Positions 24,201-37,263 of a stretch of 64,000 nt of DNA are shown in pieces (the stretch's first letter is position 1; each line of letters begins with the position of its first letter). Both the position numbers and the translations under genes were made by a program. The notes below the pieces were generated by a model. That model had not been told where the DNA came from. It was given only the letters and a program-made list of their open reading frames with translations, and ran no database searches. Origin of the DNA: Ptychomitrium polyphyllum (Eukaryota); assembly GCA_973851085.1 (NCBI GenBank), contig OZ316776.1, positions 10,540,001 through 10,604,000 on the forward strand, in the 5' to 3' direction.

Positions 24201-26221
24201 AGAATTTCTACTTCATTAGATTTATGTTTTTAATGAATTTGTTTCATACATTATTTTTACATACCATATTATTATTTTTCTCTTTTTTGGCAAAATGTCT
24301 TTAAATACTTCAACAAAAATGAAGATTTACTAAAATAAGAATTGTTGCCAAAAGCTTCTTTCAAAATTTTCATTTCTTTTAATCTTTTTAGAATTGGAAG
24401 TAATTGTAAATCCCAAATTAAATCAACTTCATTCTAAAATCAAAATTTAAAAGTAATAATTGTTATACTTTCAACTTGAATGAGTTTGTTCCATAATTGC
24501 ATTTACACACATATTTTTCCATTTGAATCATGAAACTTATATGTACTACTAAACATCATGGCAAGGCTTATAATTGAATAATATAACACAAAAACTATAA
24601 TTTAATACTGTGAAGCAATATTACTTAGAAGTTGAAAAGAAAAAAAAAAGAAAAAAATTTAAGTGTCATGTTGGAAGAAGTTACATAACTACCTCTCTTT
24701 ATTATAATGTGTGTCTCTAATTTATAATAAACAATTATTTTCATACAATACAATCATCCATTAAATAGAATTCTCCCATCTTATGTTTTAAGAATGTACT
24801 TTTTTTATATTGATAGTTCCTAGTACTTTATATCATAAGGATAAAAGAAATTTTGATCTTGGGGAGCAATTGAATGAATTTTGAGCATCCATGTCAGACT
24901 TAAGGTTAATTTGGGAGAGCTCAACTAGTTTTGGAGAGGTCTAAAGTTAGAAGCTCCTCAAATCCTCCAAAAACATTCTAAAGGCTCCTCCATTGATTCA
25001 TCAAAACATAATCTAAAACACATTTTCGCTCACTTTTATAGCAAAAAGAATTCCAAAACGAGTTTAATAAAACTTTTGCAAAACTTTCCTCTTTGGGGAA
25101 GCTTTAATGGAAAACCCTGATGAACTTCTGACTCCAGCTCCTTTTTCTTTATAAAAGGCACCAATAACAGGTAGCCAGCAAGCAAGAGAGGAATTCGATC
25201 AAGACAACAATGGGGAGAAGAGACAAATGGAGACTTAATGAAATTGTTAAATCGGTACGCGTCTGGTTAAAATGAGTAACAGATTCATAGTACCTTTTAC
25301 TATTTTCGAGTTAAGCAGATACAAATTCAAGTGACGTTCCATACCTTATATTCACTACTCAATAACACATCACCATCCTATCAGCAACTAGCAAGAACAC
25401 TATGTAACTTAGTACAAATTTTATCAAGAAGCAGTTTCCATTACTAGAAACGTTTACAACAAACTTCGTAAACATGATAGCAAATTTATACAACATCCCC
25501 AATAATAGCAAGAATTTCACTGCAGTAATACTCCAGAGCCAGTCTTCAGTGGACGTGAAAGTTTCACATGCTTCACAGACCATATGAATTGTCCAAAATA
25601 CCGAAAGGGCAGACCTTCCAGTCGATGCTGTCAACTGTGCACCCTTGAGAGAAAAACCAGGCATGATATGGGTGTCATAAGCCTGCAAGCGCTCATCTGG
25701 GCTATATACAAAGGTATCTCACTCTCAGAAAATATACCTGTATCCTAGACTAGTTCTCCGTAGGGGTGTCAGAGTGCGCGAAAAGAAGTGTGATATGGAA
25801 AGACTGCAAATTGCACCCACTCAGACGGTATCACACAATTCATAACCCTAGTCTCGATTGGAGTTACGATGTGCAACACTACATCCCCTAGTGACACTCC
25901 CTACTGTGAATTAGCATGACTAGCTACGCCTTTTAGGCATCCTCCTTGGACGACAGGCTCTGGAACCTCCACAAGTGGCGTCACCGTCAAGAAGATCGAA
26001 TACGTCCCACATATCATTTGAACATGACGACCGTCACTTACCTTTGAATCACTACTTACTACTGATGGTTGTCCAGTTCCTATCCACCCCATCAATTGAA
26101 CCTACATACCTGGCCTGTGACTTGAGAAAGTATCCATTTCTTTGTACTAAAATCTGCTTGGGGGGACACCAAAATCAATATATTCTACATGAAGAATAGC
26201 GTCCAGTACATTACCTACTCC

Positions 26222-29200
26222 CTAAGAAACAATTGGTGAAGGCGGTCCATTGTCACGATACTTCGACTGATAATCCACCTTGTCACCACGCAGTAAATTG
26301 GGGATATAGGCTTGATTGATTTCAATGCGATGTCGGGGATCATATGTATTGTCATCTCTTAATGCTTGCAGGATGTACGTAGCAGGTGCTTCTCTGTAGG
26401 AACCAAAATTGAAGTTTCATTAAAGAGGACCAGACAGGAACTGAATACACCCACCAGATAGCACGTCTTCACTTAAATTAACCTAGCACAAAGTTAGGTC
26501 AACTTCCTTCTTTAATTAATGCCTTTCAATCCAAAACAACATGTGCATTAATAAATCAATGGTTAGAACATAACACTGGCGTTTACCTTTGAATCAATAT
26601 TATGTACAAAGCGCGCAGAATTGGACACAGCTCCACAGGTGGGACTGGCTTGTTTAGCTCTGGATGCATCACACTTAAGCTGGGTTGCCGCAGAAGTTCA
26701 TGAAATGCTTCCACAGCTGATACACCCTGAAAAGCATCAATCAGCACTCAGTTAGTTGTCAAAAAACTTGCACAACAGCAAAATTTCAGAAAAAAACTAA
26801 GATGTTCATAAACATCGCCTACTATGTGCGCCTCATGTTTATGAGAATTAGTTTTATATCGCATCATTGCTTCAAGTACGGTAGCATGATGAGGGGACTG
26901 AAAATGCTGCTATATTTCCCTATCATTGCATACATAAGGCCGGCACACACTGGCGAAAACAGCTACAACACACCCAGATTTCAAATTGGAAAACGCAGCT
27001 AAACGATTTCCATGAACCAAATATGCTCCACTATGCTTAAGCAGTTGATTCCAGGGTATTAGTGCTTCTTCAAGGATCAATACTGAAAGTTCTAACTTAC
27101 TCACATTTTCAAAATGGTGACCATGCACCGCTTAATAATTCAACACTGTAAGGCAGGAGGTATGCTTACTTCCAGGATGAGGGCAAGTAACACGAACCTG
27201 AATCATTCCTTTTCCTGTGATGCTGTCACCCACATCGATGTTCAGTTCTCCTGAAGCCAGCTTTCCACCGTACCAAGCATTCCGACCCTTCAGAAGGGTA
27301 ACATAGGTATCTGCGAGCAATGGGCCAGCCAATCTTTCGGGATTCTCCGCCAATAGATGGGTAATGTAAATCATTTCTGATGTGCAGTGAGCAAAATAAA
27401 CCGCTTTGCTTGTAGCACTCTCGTTCGTCAAAGCACCCACCATACCTGCATAGATATCAGTAGCACTTGACCAGGGTTATTCGGCAACACTACCTCCTTT
27501 TATGATGCAACTGAAGCTGTGCGACAAAACAGAATGGTACTGTCTTGCGGTCTAAGGAATTCTTCAAGAGTGATACACCACAGTAATAGAGTGGTTATTC
27601 GCCCTTGCAGCGATTAGTGTCGTCACAAAATATCATCTCGGATAAGGTATGAGTAAAGCTTACTTCTACTGATCATAAAAGTCTTACACGATGAAATATG
27701 TGTGTTCGTTTAGAAAAGGACTCATTAAAAGCCATTTCATCATGCAAACTACCGCTAATTAACTTCCGCATAGAGAATTCAGAGGTGAAGAGAATTACCT
27801 GCACCAATTGCATACACGTTCTTCAGACCTCCCATGACCTCATGAGTGGTAAGGTCACTGTTGTCCCAGACGATGAAATGTGGCTGCCGCAAGAAATTGG
27901 CCAAAGGTCTTCTCCACCTCTCAGACCCACAGATGCGAGCATTAGCATATTCCCGGTTGTACACTTCGGAGGCGATATTCGGCCCTCCCAAATACAAGAC
28001 GTTCTCTGATGGAACACCAGCTGTTCATGGAAGAAAACCATTTAAACTGTGAATTAGAAGCTGTAAGGAAAGGCTATAAGAACAAATCAACAATCCCATA
28101 TTTAACCTACGCCCCTACATCTACACCGCCGACCACAATTCGAACGTAAATACAAGCACTGACATACTTTGCAGGAATTGAAAGGCAGTATTTTTTAATG
28201 AAGTGCACTCTGGCTTGGAATCTCGATTCAAACATGACAAGAAACACAGCGTTTTGCAAAAGTTGATGAAGAACAAATCCATTGCAAGGGAATGTTCCAA
28301 AAACTGAGACATGGAACCCGCTCAATGCAAAATTGGGTAACCACTCGAAGGCCAAACCATACAACAACTGCTTTCGATGGTCAGCTGTTTGACTGACATT
28401 GACAGCAATAAGGAATACTTTGATAAAACGAAATTCCACGAAACGCCACTACGATGATGGTGATATAAATCGGGCAAAGAAAAGGCATACTGGTTTCCAC
28501 AATCATTTGCGTAGGAGTGATGATGTGAGGATGCGGTTGTAGAGCGGCCTCCACGCCCTTGGCCAATGAGATGATAATGGGCATGGTGCGGCGCTCCCTC
28601 CAGTATCGGCCCACTTGTTGAAAGACGTGACGAATTTCGGTAGAAGGCAGGCCGGCAATGACGATGTCAGCATCCCACACAGCCTCCTGCAGATTGGTGA
28701 CCACCTTCAGAGGGCATAGCGGCGTGTCGATCATATTTACACAAAATCCGTCCCGCAAAATCTCGTCAGCATACAGAATGCGGTCGCCCAGACGCGCCTC
28801 CACGTACTTAAGATACGCACATTTGCGTATCAGGCGCCGAAGTACATCTTCCCGCGAGTTGATCACCTCAAACAGGTGCTCTGCAGTCTGCCTATCCACT
28901 TCTTTACCCGGCCGTCGCCATATGCGCACCTGCAACACCCACCATCACACATTCAATTGCGAATCAGCACTGCCACTCAACCAACAGTCTAGGTGAAACA
29001 AAGGCTACACCAAGCGCCCTAAGCAATGGCCCCGAAGACAAGAGTGCCATCGCAACGCCACCATCATTATCGACAAAAGAGGTCTAATAGCGGAGGCACG
29101 CAGCGAGCGGGAAGAAGAACCCACCTGCACAGAATCGCGCATGGAGCCATAAGCATCCTGTAGCATGGCAACGAACACACTGCCCCAGGCACCGGCGCCA

Positions 29201-29469
29201 ACGCCCACAATGCGCAACGCATCGCCGTCAGCTTTGCCCAGAAGCGCACGAAGCTCCTGGACTCGATCTTCGCCGAATCCCAGCGGAGGCGTGGGCTGAG
29301 CACCGGCAACGAAGGCCGCCTTCGACGCAGGGACCGCGGGGGCAGCACCCCCAGCCGCCAAGGCAGTAACAGGGCGACCGTTGAGCGTCGGCATGGCGGT
29401 AGAGCAGGCCATGGATCCAGGGGCGACGTCAGCCATGGCGACGAGCGCGGCGGGGTGCGGCATGGGCAT
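26222..29469 (-). CDS. GPDHc: NAD+-dependent glycerol-3-phosphate dehydrogenase, cytosolic GPDHc type; exons 29469-29125, 28929-28491, 28020-27799, 27445-27198, 26726-26587, 26393-26222
   Basis: Rossmann motif [60 protein letters not shown]; five GT-AG introns join in frame; the choice of start ATG is uncertain. Confidence 0.93.
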
Positions 29470-29703
29470 GGCGACGGCGATGGCAATGAGAGCGCCGCAG
29501 ACGCTCACGAGATGACACCGAGGCACGACCCGCAGACGCAAAATCAGCGCCTGAGAGAACACCACCAGCAAATACGATGGCCACTCTCCTCGTCGTCGTC
29601 GCCCTGATGTTGTCCTACCTCCACTGCAGTTCGGCGACAGAATTCTTCGTCTCGTTGGACTTCCTGTCCATGCGCTTCTCTCGCGCCGATCGCCCTGAGG
29701 GAG

Positions 29704-29775
29704 CAGCAACAGCAACAGCTACAGCGCAGACAGCCCTGCAATGCAATGCTAATGCCAATGCCAATGCAGATGCAA
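29704..29775. repeat. Imperfect hexanucleotide microsatellites (GCAACA)n and (GCCAAT)n upstream of GPDH
   Basis: Directly visible. Confidence 0.7.
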
Positions 29776-30512
29776 CGCCATACAATACCCCCACCAACAA
29801 CACAGCACCCCCTGCGTCCCCCCTGCTGTGAAGACTCCTCAAAGTCGTAAGTTGTACCAACTTCACCACCTTGGCACTTGGCCCCCACAACGCCAAGGGC
29901 GTCACACTCGCAGTCAGTCAGTCAGTTAATGCCCTGCCCCCTCCCCTGCCCGCTGCCCTGCCCCTCCCCTGCCCTGCCCCCTGCGCTCTTTTGATGTGAA
30001 AATGAAAGGGAAAACACGTGTAGTTTGTAGTGTGTGGGGATTTGGTGTAATGTTTCTCTTCACTTCACTTAATATTTTGTGCCTCAAAAGACCAAGAAGT
30101 GGTATGATTTGAAATTTTTGTATTTTTGCTTTAAAAAGATGATAGAATTGGTAAGCCATTTCTTTGTGAAAGATACAGACACTTGAACTAGCAATTTGAT
30201 GGTGTTTTTTTGATGAAGTTTACCATCAAATTTTAATTTGTACCATTTTCGAAAACATGTATACATATGCAAACTGACATTATCTGATGATAACATATAT
30301 TTGAATCCTTGAAATCCAATAACATTGTACATAATAATGCCAGTTTTGGGTAATGTGACGGTTTTGGGTACGCTTCTATTATTTGTTCACCTCAAACTCA
30401 CACCAACTTCACACATTCTCCAGTAAAAGAACGTCACATTGCATTCAACAGTTCGGGGCCTCCCTCCCATGGCCCAGGAACTAGGGCCCACTCCCATTGA
30501 GCCCCTCCTCCT

Positions 30513-30522
30513 GCCACGTGTC
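30513..30522. promoter_or_regulatory. ABRE/G-box (GCCACGTGTC) upstream of GPDH; a second G-box CACGTG at 30015-30020
   Basis: Matches ACGTGTC on one strand and ACGTGGC on the other; lies next to GGGCCC site-II-like motifs. Confidence 0.45.
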
Positions 30523-33500
30523 CATTTCATATCAGCACCTCCACTTTTTACTAACGCCCTGCGCACTCATAAAGCTGCACCTCTCACCTGCAACAGTGTG
30601 CAACTTGAGCATTCATCTGATGTACTTTGCAGATGATGTACTTAAACGAAATTTCAAATACCAGTAGCTATAAGGTAATATATAATTTGGAAAAAAGAAT
30701 TGGTCTCATTTTTGGAACTGGAGGAAAAAACAACCAAACATGAATGGGGGAAAATTTAACAACAAGAAATCAAGATTTTGTTTGAGAATTTGTTCACAGT
30801 AACTGGTAGCCAACTAGTACAAGAATCTACAAAAATTTATAAAGGATCATAGTATTTTATAAATCTTTATTTGATTTTTATAGGAAAGACTTTGATTTTC
30901 TTAAATTGGTATAAATTTGATATGTTTCATAGAGTTATAATTATACAACAGAATATGGTATATATGAATTCACAAAATTAACTAGACTTCCAATTTTAAG
31001 ATATAATCGCAAAAGACACAAAAAAAGACATACAAAAGCAAGGAAAATAAAAAATCCATTTAAAAAAATCTCATATTAAAACCTTGAAGAACACTAAACA
31101 ATCACTAGCAAAACACCACACAATATTTCAACCCACTTTTGAAGTTTTTAATTATATTCTAATGTTTTGTAACAATGTCTTTTATAAATCAAATAAAATT
31201 TGACTCTAACATGCAAGTTGTTGCAGTCCCTTTAAATATTTTAAATCTTGTGAATGTAATATAAGGCTGCATTGAAAGTTGATGGGAGAATGTCCTTATT
31301 CTTAATACTTTTGTCAAATAAGGCATTAATGTGAAGGACACTATAGAATAAATAAGAAGCAAAAGCAGAATTTTTTGAATGGTGACAAAAATGAACACAA
31401 ACACCATTGACCAACACTACTACTACCAAAGTTAAGATTAAAAGTAACAAACAACATAGCAAAACAACTTAGAATAGAAAAAGTGAAGTAGATTTAGGCA
31501 AAAATGCAAGAACAATAGGCGGAGCAAGAAAATATCCACAACCATCATTATTACCTTTCCAATAACCAGCACTAACATCCTAACAATAAAGATAATAAAT
31601 TCATTAAAAACAACAATATTATATTATAAAAGCAAGAGGAACAAAAAAACATTGATATTACAAAATTTCTTGTTATCAACACAAAAACTATTCACCTTCA
31701 TGCCCTTATTTAATGTTCTCCTACACATGTTTGATGCCACGTCTTCAACAATTAAATACTTTGCATCTAAAAAAACAAAAATCTATCTTCAAATTTCTTT
31801 TAGAGCTCATAAAACGATTTTCTTGAGTTTTCTTGAATTTCTTGAGTTTTGTAAATGAAATGATGTTGGCTTTTTGTACATAAAAAATAATTTTGAAAAA
31901 AAATACAAAATACAAAAAAATACAACCACTAAAGAGAGACACTCACCTTAAGAACGTAGCCAAAGGAAGTATTAGCATGTAGGTGCCTATATGTAAGTGG
32001 CAACAATAGGAGGCAAAGTGCAAAACACAAGTGAAGAAGACAAAGCACGAGATAAAATATTGTTGAAACCTTCAAACCTTAACCATAATATCTCAAACCA
32101 CAATTCTTCAATATGAAATTAGATAAATAAGCTTCATTTGTACGAGTTGCTTGATATGCACCACAATATTTCAATAGTTCCTTCATAAGAGGGTACGGCC
32201 CAAAAGAGCCCAGCCACTGTGGTCTGATTACTGTTGACCATAGAGTGTGACCACCCAGTATGGCAACATTTTCAAAGTTATCAAAAGCTTCATATGGACT
32301 TCATGGAAGCAGGGGGACATGAATTCAAGACTGTGCCACCAACTCCTCCACTTTCACCCACAGCGCAGGCAGGCTCACAATTCTATAGCAAAGTAAATTC
32401 TCTGCTTCAAATAAGTTTCTGCAGCTGCACCCACCAACCCTATCCCTTTTGGAATTCCACTCGCCCTCTGCATGGGTCAGTCTATTTGTCAATTCATATC
32501 TTCCTTGCTTTCATCATGAAGACAATGCTCTTCCCTAGTCTTCCGGTGAGTAGCACAAATAAATCACGACCCTCTGAAAAGGTTGCGGCGACCTTCACAG
32601 CTCTCCTCGTTAATGCATCTGACATTTCTAAACAACAACTTCCCTATGGGAGCATCTGTTTGGTAAGCTCATTCCTAAGGCCAACTCACTTTAGAACAAA
32701 GTGTTGACTTCAAAAGAGTATAGAAGCAACAAAGTGCTAAAAAAAAAACCTAGTTCATGCATAGTGTTGAAACTCGATTGCTTAACCAAGAGTAATACCA
32801 TTATCATTAAATCCCATACATCATGTTATCATACCATCTTCAAATGTTTATTGTACTTTATTATGTTCAGCTCTAAATGTAATGCTTGGAGAAATTTTTG
32901 AAGCAAAGTTTTCTACAACAACAACCCTTTATGTCACATAATGACTTAAGTCTTATGTTTGTTAATTAATTAATTAAATATTTGGTGCCTATTGATTAAC
33001 TAACAAAAACAAATTTTTTATAAATTGAACTCCAAACCAACACAAATTATATTATTACATATGATTTCCACATGGTGTATTTTTTGGATGCAATGAAATC
33101 TTTTCAATTTATAAATGAAATATAATTGAAATTACAAGTATCACTTTATATATTGCCAAGTTATCCAAAATATCTTAAACATAATTTTAAAATTAAGATA
33201 GGGATTAAATCTATTGGTTATAATGGCATTTTAAGCCTCAAGCAAAATGTAGGTGGTTGATGCTAGTTTTCAACTAATATGCCTTTGAAATAAGATAAAG
33301 TATTATATTCATCCATTTTTGCTAAGGTCATTGGCATTTTAAACCATGAGCTCAACAATTTGAATCCAAAAAGACCTTAAATTAATTTTCTATAATAAAT
33401 GAAGTAGAATCAAAATAAGTAAAAATGTTCAAGAATTTGATTTTGGATATTTTGAACTTAAAATTTTATGTAATTAAACAAGTTCAATAAAATCACCACA

Positions 33501-34566
33501 TATGAAGTATCACATTCAAATCTGTTACATGTCAAATTGTTTATATTTTATTTGTTATATTTTAGAAAGAAATTTGAATATAAATTTCTAAATTTTATAC
33601 AGGAAGATTGGTGTTATGAGTATCACATCAATAAGAATTTGTACCTTAACTTGAAATGAAAATCAAACTTATGTACATTTTTGACAAAATGCAGAATTAT
33701 TACATAACTATTACATCTGTATAATCACAACAATCACAACAAGTGCTTAACATTTGTAACCACATATCGAAATATTACAATACAAGACGAGTGCTTGCTG
33801 CTACATTACACAACAACTTCAATGATTGCAATCTTGAAATTTTCTTAAATACACTCTCCATTAAATGTACCTAAGCATATCATATGCAAGGTTGAAGTCC
33901 AAATCTAATCTCCTGACACGAACCACTTACACATACATATCAACAAGATTTAAAACAACAATTGCTCAAAGATCAAGACAACTAACTTCCAAACCAAACC
34001 TTCCAAAAAGTAAATAACTTTACATAAACTCAAAAGGCAACTCAACATAACAAAGGTCTAGGGATATAAAAGTCAACCACCAAGAGATATCCAAACTGAT
34101 TAACCCAGATGCCCCAATACATATTAGAAACGGAGAGAGAGAATTCATAGTCATTCGGATCCATACGTTTATTGATGTTTTCCAAGAGTTAAACTCACAA
34201 GTGAGTTGGGTGCACAGCTTACAAGAGACTTACAAGAGAGTTTGTAAAGCACGGCGTGCAGCAAAAGCTGTAGGAGAGGCCAAGTGCACCCGCAGCGGGC
34301 AGCGAGTGGCGACCAGCAGCGCCATCACGATCCAGTTGCGCACGCGTGGCGGCTGCTCTCCGAAGTGAGGCCTGTGGGGGCGTTGCCGACCCCGCGCCGG
34401 GCACTCCAGGGTGGAACTCCAGGGTGCAATACTTCACTTCGCACTAGGGCGCTGGGCAACCTCGTCGCCGGCATCGCCATTGCCATCGCCATCGGGTTGC
34501 AACCGTCCGCGATGCGGGTGGACCTCACGCGGATGTTCAGGCTCTGAGGACGGTGTGTGCGCTGCC

Positions 34567-37263
34567 ATGGCGGGCCTGGCGCTGGCCATCGATCTGCTCG
34601 TGCAGCGCCAGGCGGGAGGCGCTGTGATCGCCTGCAAGGGCCTGCATTCCTTCTCCGCGTTCAGTGCGGTCGCGGCCGCGGCCGCCTCCGGTGTGTCGTA
34701 TCTGGGGTCTTCGCAATCGGTTGTGTTCGCGCACTTCGATTCTAGGTGAGTGTACTGTGCGCGATCCGCTCTGTTTTTGCATCGTCGTGTGGTGTGAGAG
34801 GGATCTGTGCTCCGGCGAGATTCGTGATGCGGGATGTGCTGCGTCGGTGTTCCGCCTCTTCTAGGGTTGAGCTTTTTCTTGGTGCGTGGAATTCCTCTAG
34901 AGTCAATGGCAGCGCGGTTGTGGGTGATCGGTGTTAGGTAGAGGATGTCTGTTTCGGGGTTGTGGAATCTGGGTGTCTATGGAGACTCATGTTTTGTGAG
35001 AAGGCGGAAGTGTTGCGTCTCGTGAGCGATCGGCGTGGACCGAAAGCGGACGAATTTGTTGTCATTGCGATTACGCCCGTGCAGAGGTGTTGCCTCGGGA
35101 TCAAACCGTCAAGGTCATTCCGTTTCGAATTTTTTTGTTGTAAGGATTGCGATTTTACAGTAGTCACGGTTTTTTCGATGATTTGTGTTATCTTTAGAAT
35201 CAGTCCTCAGAATTTGTAGTGCCGCGGGTGTGAGCAAGTTCTTGCAATCTTTATGAACAAGGCCGTGTGGGCACATCCGAGGCCGGATGATTCCAGGGCC
35301 GATATTACGGCCTGGGAGGATGACAATTGCTGTCAACTTTAGGTTTGTGATTGGTGTTTGAGAAGTCTGGGAAGTTCTTACTGTAACCATGAGATATATT
35401 CATATCGATCATGTGAGTACTTGTCAACCATCATGGCCTGATGCGGCGGCAGATACCATGCTGCGGTGCATGCCACACACCAGTATGCGCTTTGGACCTC
35501 CGTTTTTGTGCGCGTATTATCTGGTTATGATCGAACTCGATGGCCTGCATCATTGGAGGCTCGTCTCTTGGACGTTGACATTCCTGCGATGCGGGAATTC
35601 AAACAGGGACATGAGGCTCTTTTTTGGCCCAGTCATTTCATTCGGCTCGTGGTGCACGCTACAACAAACCGCGTTGTGGTCGTCGTTGCTGACTGATGTG
35701 TGTTGGGGCTGGCGTTTGCAGGGACTGGACTGGGCGCGTTGCTTACTGTGATGCGGCAATTGCAGACGCTGATAGCTGGGAGGAGAGTGTGTGCGTGCCG
35801 ATTCAGAAATACTCAGCAGGAAAGAAGTACGAGATTGAGTTGAAGCCTCTTTTTTCTGCGTTTAGACCCAGGGCGATTGGAGCAACAACCATCAGAGCTG
35901 TCCTTGTAAATTTCCTCCCTTTGCTCGAGGCTTATTTGCAACCTGAAGATGACGAGTTCGAGGAAGACCTTGATCGTCCTGCGAGGCCTCCCATGGACAC
36001 GGCTGTTCCATTGAAGCGATCAATTACACATATTTTGCGCGAGGTACATCGTTCACTACTGTTTGTAGTCGGTCTGTAATCGTGACTCAGTTTGTACTTG
36101 AGTTATGTGGTCACTGGATTTTATGCTTTGGTTTCGTTAACAGTGAATGTTGACACATGTAATGCGCTTGCTTCCTTGATCTGACTCTAGGGTTCTCACC
36201 GTCCGTTTGTATGTACCCGCTTTGCTCATTTTAGGTTTCTGTCATCACCACGAGACGGGTACTGGAAAGGGTAGCCGTGCATCATGTAACCGACCGCATG
36301 GCATGGAAGCTGCTGAAAGGTGATCTTCCTATACTTGTACCCAAGCGATTTGTGTACTTGTCACTCGGACCAATGCACTCCATAAACCACTGGTTGCACT
36401 TTCATTGCACTTTGTTGTGGCGTATGCTTCACGTTTTTTCCAGCACTATGCGAGCGCTTGTCAGTAAGATTTTCTGGAAATTAATCAGTTGGATAACTTG
36501 CAGATATTCCGAAGTCCGCAATCCGCAAAGCAGGGAGGGATTTGTCTCCTGCGGAGATGTTTACTGCTGTGTGTAAAACAACTTTTCGAGGTGTGATATA
36601 CTTACGTTGGCTCAAGCTGAACACTTGCAGTTTATGGCGTTAAAACCAGCGTGTCTCGTTTCCATGTGTAAAGTAGTGGCCTCTGCTTAATTTGATGTGC
36701 GTGTCCTTGTCTGGTGCTAAGACTGTGATCCTCGTTTGTAATTGTGGCTGCAGCTCATGCATTAGGAGTACTCGCCAATTGGATGGTGCAATTGATCATT
36801 GATTTCTACAGAAGCATTCGTGTCTCTTTCACGGTGCAGTCGAAGGAGGGCAAGCCAATCGGATTGGATTCTAAAGAGCTCAAACGGCTGGCAAGGAGAA
36901 CAGCGGGGAACACACTTAAGGGTACTGCATCGCTTGTCCTGGCCTCGGTTGGTGCTGGCCTTGGCACTGTCCTCATCAGACCCTCCACTGGAACTTGGAT
37001 CGGTAATTCTTCACAGCATATGAACTTGATGTACTCTATTTTGGTTTTTTTTATTCATATGTATATATTTCTCTTTTTCTGGTTTTCCTCGTTCACACTT
37101 TTGTGATACCAGTCCTGCGTTCTGTGCATGCTGATCGGTTTAACCATTTGTGTATGCAGGCTGTGCTGCCGGTGATTTTGCGGGGCCTTTCCTGGTAGGC
37201 CTCTGGTTGGACACCTGGATTGTGTATGGCAGCTTCACTCCTGGAATGGACAAGGGGCAATGA
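34567..37263 (+). CDS. Conserved plant protein of unknown function; exons 34567-34745, 35722-36043, 36235-36319, 36504-36590, 36754-37002, 37160-37263
   Basis: Six exons with GT-AG borders join in frame: MAGLALAIDLL...VAYCDA...IELKPLFSAF...TTRRVLER...AWKLLKDIPKSA...GAGLGTVLIRPSTGTWIGCAAGDFAGP...GQ*; hydrophobic Gly-rich C-terminus. Confidence 0.85.

Noticed and set aside
21800..24800. AT-rich stretch possibly derived from a hAT-like transposase
   Set aside because: Too degraded; no termini or convincing catalytic motifs seen.
29544..29905. ORFs with poly-Cys or Ala/Asn runs
   Set aside because: Products of microsatellites upstream of the GPDH coding region.
32234..32707. 157-aa ORF
   Set aside because: Non-ATG start, no homology recognised, no exon partners.
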